DNA of 64,000 nt, from assembly GCF_032062105.1 (NCBI RefSeq), contig NW_026923980.1:62001-126000 (forward strand), read 5' to 3'. The notes under the pieces were generated by a model. That model made no database searches. It was given only the letters and a program-made list of their open reading frames with translations, and was not told the origin of the DNA. The translations under genes were made by a program, and so were the position numbers. Positions 61,301-64,000 of the stretch are shown here, one piece after another; position 1 is the stretch's first letter, and every line of letters begins with the position of its first letter. Source of the stretch: Saccostrea cucullata. Its lineage: Eukaryota.

Positions 61301-63134
61301 TATGTCACTGGAAGCCTAAAACTTAATTTTCTGTCCGTTGTTGTCACTTCCGCCGGTGTCGTCACTTCCGGCCAAACCGGAAGTAGTCGAAAAACGCGTA
61401 TTTTTGCCATTCTTGACAAGTTTTGGGGTAACATATGTCACTGGAAGCCTAAAACTTAATTTTTCGTCCGTCGTTTTCACTTCCGGTTTAACCGGAAGTA
61501 GCAAAAATTGCTTATTTCTGCATTAATCAACATAGCTTTAGATGATTCAAACCATTTTTAGGCGTTATTTCTTATTTTTTGTTAAAAATTGAAGCTACTT
61601 CCGGTCAAACAGGACGGAAGACCTACTCGTTGCTTTGCAACGAGCTTTGCTCTAGTTATTATTATTTTTCTTCTTCTTCTTCTTCTTCTTCTTCTTCTTC
61701 TTCTTCTTCTTCTTCCTGGGTACTTTTTTGTCCCGGAGTGATCTTGTAAACTACACATCTAACTTAGGTAAAACCTTTTTAGGGTCAGTAGGCATGTTAT
61801 GTAGATTTGTGGAATGAAGCTAATTTTGCGCGCACGTGCTTGCAAGAGCGTGCACGTGCAACACGTGAAATGACCAATATAATAGATATAGCCGTAACTT
61901 TTCTATTTTTTGATTATATACTTAAAAACTCAACATAAAAGTATATATTAGTAGTATAGACATGATGACATGGTCAAAATAGCAAGAACTCACGCGCATG
62001 CACGTGCACCTCGCTCTGATTGGCTGAAACTAAAACCTCAATATCTTTCTCGTTTTTTGACAAAATCCTTTGAAATTTTGAATGTATTCATAGACTTTGA
62101 AGATCTACAGTATGATAAATAAGAATTATCATGAAAGCATGTGCATGCACGTGTGCTGCAATCTGATTGGCTGAAACTTTAAATGTCTATAACTTTCTTA
62201 GTTCTCAACGAAACGAGATGAAATTCAGAATATGAATAGGTATAATGGATTTCTACATTAAGCATCTATCAAATTTAAATTCAAGGACATGCATACATGC
62301 CCGTGCGCACGCGCAATACGTAAAATAACAAATATATTTGAAAAACAGTAACATTTATATTTTTATGATATTTTTATCAATTCTCGCGATAAACAGATAT
62401 GTTAATGGTTTAGACAACATGCCATTATTAGCTTGCATGTGCGTGCGCATGCAATACGTTAAATGAGATATAGTGGATATCATTGTAGTTTTGATAATTA
62501 TATGATGAAATCCTTTAATACTGAGCATATTTTTAAAAAGTCTTACAGGTAAAATGGCATAAAAAGGGAGTTGGGGAGCGTTTGGGGAACATCTGTAACG
62601 GTCCCCGTTACAATTAGAACTAGTTATGTTTAGTTTTATGATGGAAAACCTACTTTAAAAAAATAAAAGTGTATATACATGTACCAGGTAAAAATGTATC
62701 ATCTCCGTTAACAAAAAAAAAAAATATATGTAAATTCCTGCTGCTTAATAAGATCGACTGAGGCCAATAAGGAAAGTGCACGGTCATATGGTCACAAGGT
62801 CAAGATTGTGTAATATTCGAAATTAGTTTCTAAATCACAAAACTTTGACAATGTGAGGATGGTAGCATCTATTCAAAAAGCAAAACTGCTTTAATTCTTG
62901 GCAATTGCTATTATCATACTGGGTATACTGCTATTAATGAGCAAAGTTTGAATAACATGTCACACAAATCTTACAGTGTCACTTACATTAAGAAATATTT
63001 CTTTATTCACAGCACCTGAGCAGTTGACTTTATTCTTCTCTAACTTCACCAAAGGCCTGACGAAGCCCGAGGTCTTCACCTTCGATCAGACGGCCTGTGG
63101 ACCTATCCCAACCACCCCCGCCACGGGATCCTAA
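58336..63134 (+). CDS. Ependymin-related secreted protein B, 211 aa, 5 exons
   Basis: Exons 58336-58491, 58810-58920, 59090-59171, 59561-59725, 63013-63134 (636 nt); same intron phases and exon 1/3 lengths (156, 82 nt) as paralog A; PCC..QF, FDY..K, SCIPI, FFSNF..G..PEVF..C. Confidence 0.88.
59810..62625 (+). mobile_element. Three nested HINE/Helentron-associated elements (59810-62625 > 59862-61657 > 59927-60627)
   Basis: Each has a 5' hairpin head (gttccccaaac..ttggggaac or aggtcttccgt..acggaagacct), a matching subterminal repeat, a 3' hairpin and a CTAGTT end. Confidence 0.75.
61670..61715 (+). repeat. (CTT)n microsatellite
   Basis: Directly visible. Confidence 0.95.
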
Positions 63135-63301
63135 AATGTCACATTTGTTGTTCTTTGTTAACCTTTGTAATTAAAGAAAATTGACTTGGAAAAACAATTA
63201 TTTGTCAATCATATCGTTCGAGTGTACAACACATGAGGAATTTGTCACCTGGATATTTGTATAACTCGAATCAACAGTGAGTGTGTCGTACATCATTCAG
63301 C

Positions 63302-63600
63302 TGATTGATTGTATATTGTTTAATGTCCCTCTCGAGAATTTTTTACTCATAATGGAGACGCCACCACTTTCCGATGGAGAGCTGCAAATTTTGTTCTAAG
63401 CTCGTCACTTAGGGCCATTGAGCAGTGAGGGATCTTTTTCGTGCCAGCACCTATTGCAACACGGGACCTCGGTTTATACGGTCTCATGCGAATGAGAGGT
63501 CCCACAGTGGGATTCGAACTCGCGACGTAAGGATTGCATGACTCCTTACTTCGCGACTCTAGAGCAGACGCTCTAACCACTGCGCCACGCGGGTGACTCC
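63302..63600 (-). mobile_element. Full-length tRNA-derived SINE
   Basis: Minus-strand head with A box TGGCGCAGTGG and B box GAGTTCGAATC, (aatc)n tail; second copy at 38145. Confidence 0.85.
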
Positions 63601-64000
63601 CTAGGTTGATAAAAACTGATATGGCTCAAATAATAATATGAAAATCTAGTTCTTTAGTTTTTGTAATAACCATAAATATTGTCTATATCTTATTGTCTAT
63701 AATCTTTTTGGTCATCATTGAATTTTAAGTTCAGAGTGGTCATGGTGAAAATATGATCGGAACCGACATCAAAACGTCATAGCTCTCCAGCTTGATACTA
63801 TAATTATATATTTGCATCCAATGTCCTCTTTCTAATGTTTTTTATGTCCCTGATGATGTGAAAAAATGAGCAGGTTTCCAGTTCCAGGCATGTCACTAGC
63901 AGTCTCCACCAAAAAACAAAAGAACTATAACTATAATTGTTGATCGATCAAATCATCTAGGTACAGTGTGATAATAAGTTCCCCAAGGTCATCTTTATGA

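Noticed and set aside
60007-61526. Cluster of short ORFs
   Set aside because: Lie inside non-coding HINE elements and their 132-bp internal repeat.
63850-63863. Hammerhead ribozyme core (CTGATGA..GAAA)
   Set aside because: No stem II and no convincing stems I or III.

Overview
AT-rich animal genomic DNA, most likely an oyster (Ostreidae), inferred from Cg170/HindIII-like satellite units inside Helentron-associated elements and from bivalve-type SINE, PLE and tRNA-LTR repeats. Genes reconstructed by hand with GT-AG junctions and frame checks: two tandem ZNFX1 (UPF1-like SF1 helicase) paralogs on +; an 11-exon class III alcohol dehydrogenase (ADH5/GSNOR) on -; an intronless class A GPCR on -; a 4-exon KY/hillarin-like transglutaminase-fold gene on -; and two head-to-head ependymin-related genes. 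Introns and intergenic DNA are packed with often nested TEs (piggyBac, Kolobok, Harbinger, HINE/Helentron, RTE, CR1/L2, Penelope-like, tRNA-SINE, tRNA-containing LTRs). Most notable: (1) ZNFX1 copy 1 carries about 24 RNA Pol II CTD-like heptads (Y[RK]PTSPS) in an N-terminal ORF separated from the helicase ORF by a +1 frame break, while copy 2 is helicase-only and lacks the E3 modules; (2) six independent tandem arrays are built from exon ends plus their splice sites in two unrelated genes, with units degrading away from the exon. One region (36.3-37.0 kb) looks like an assembly chimera, so single-base frame breaks need read-level confirmation.
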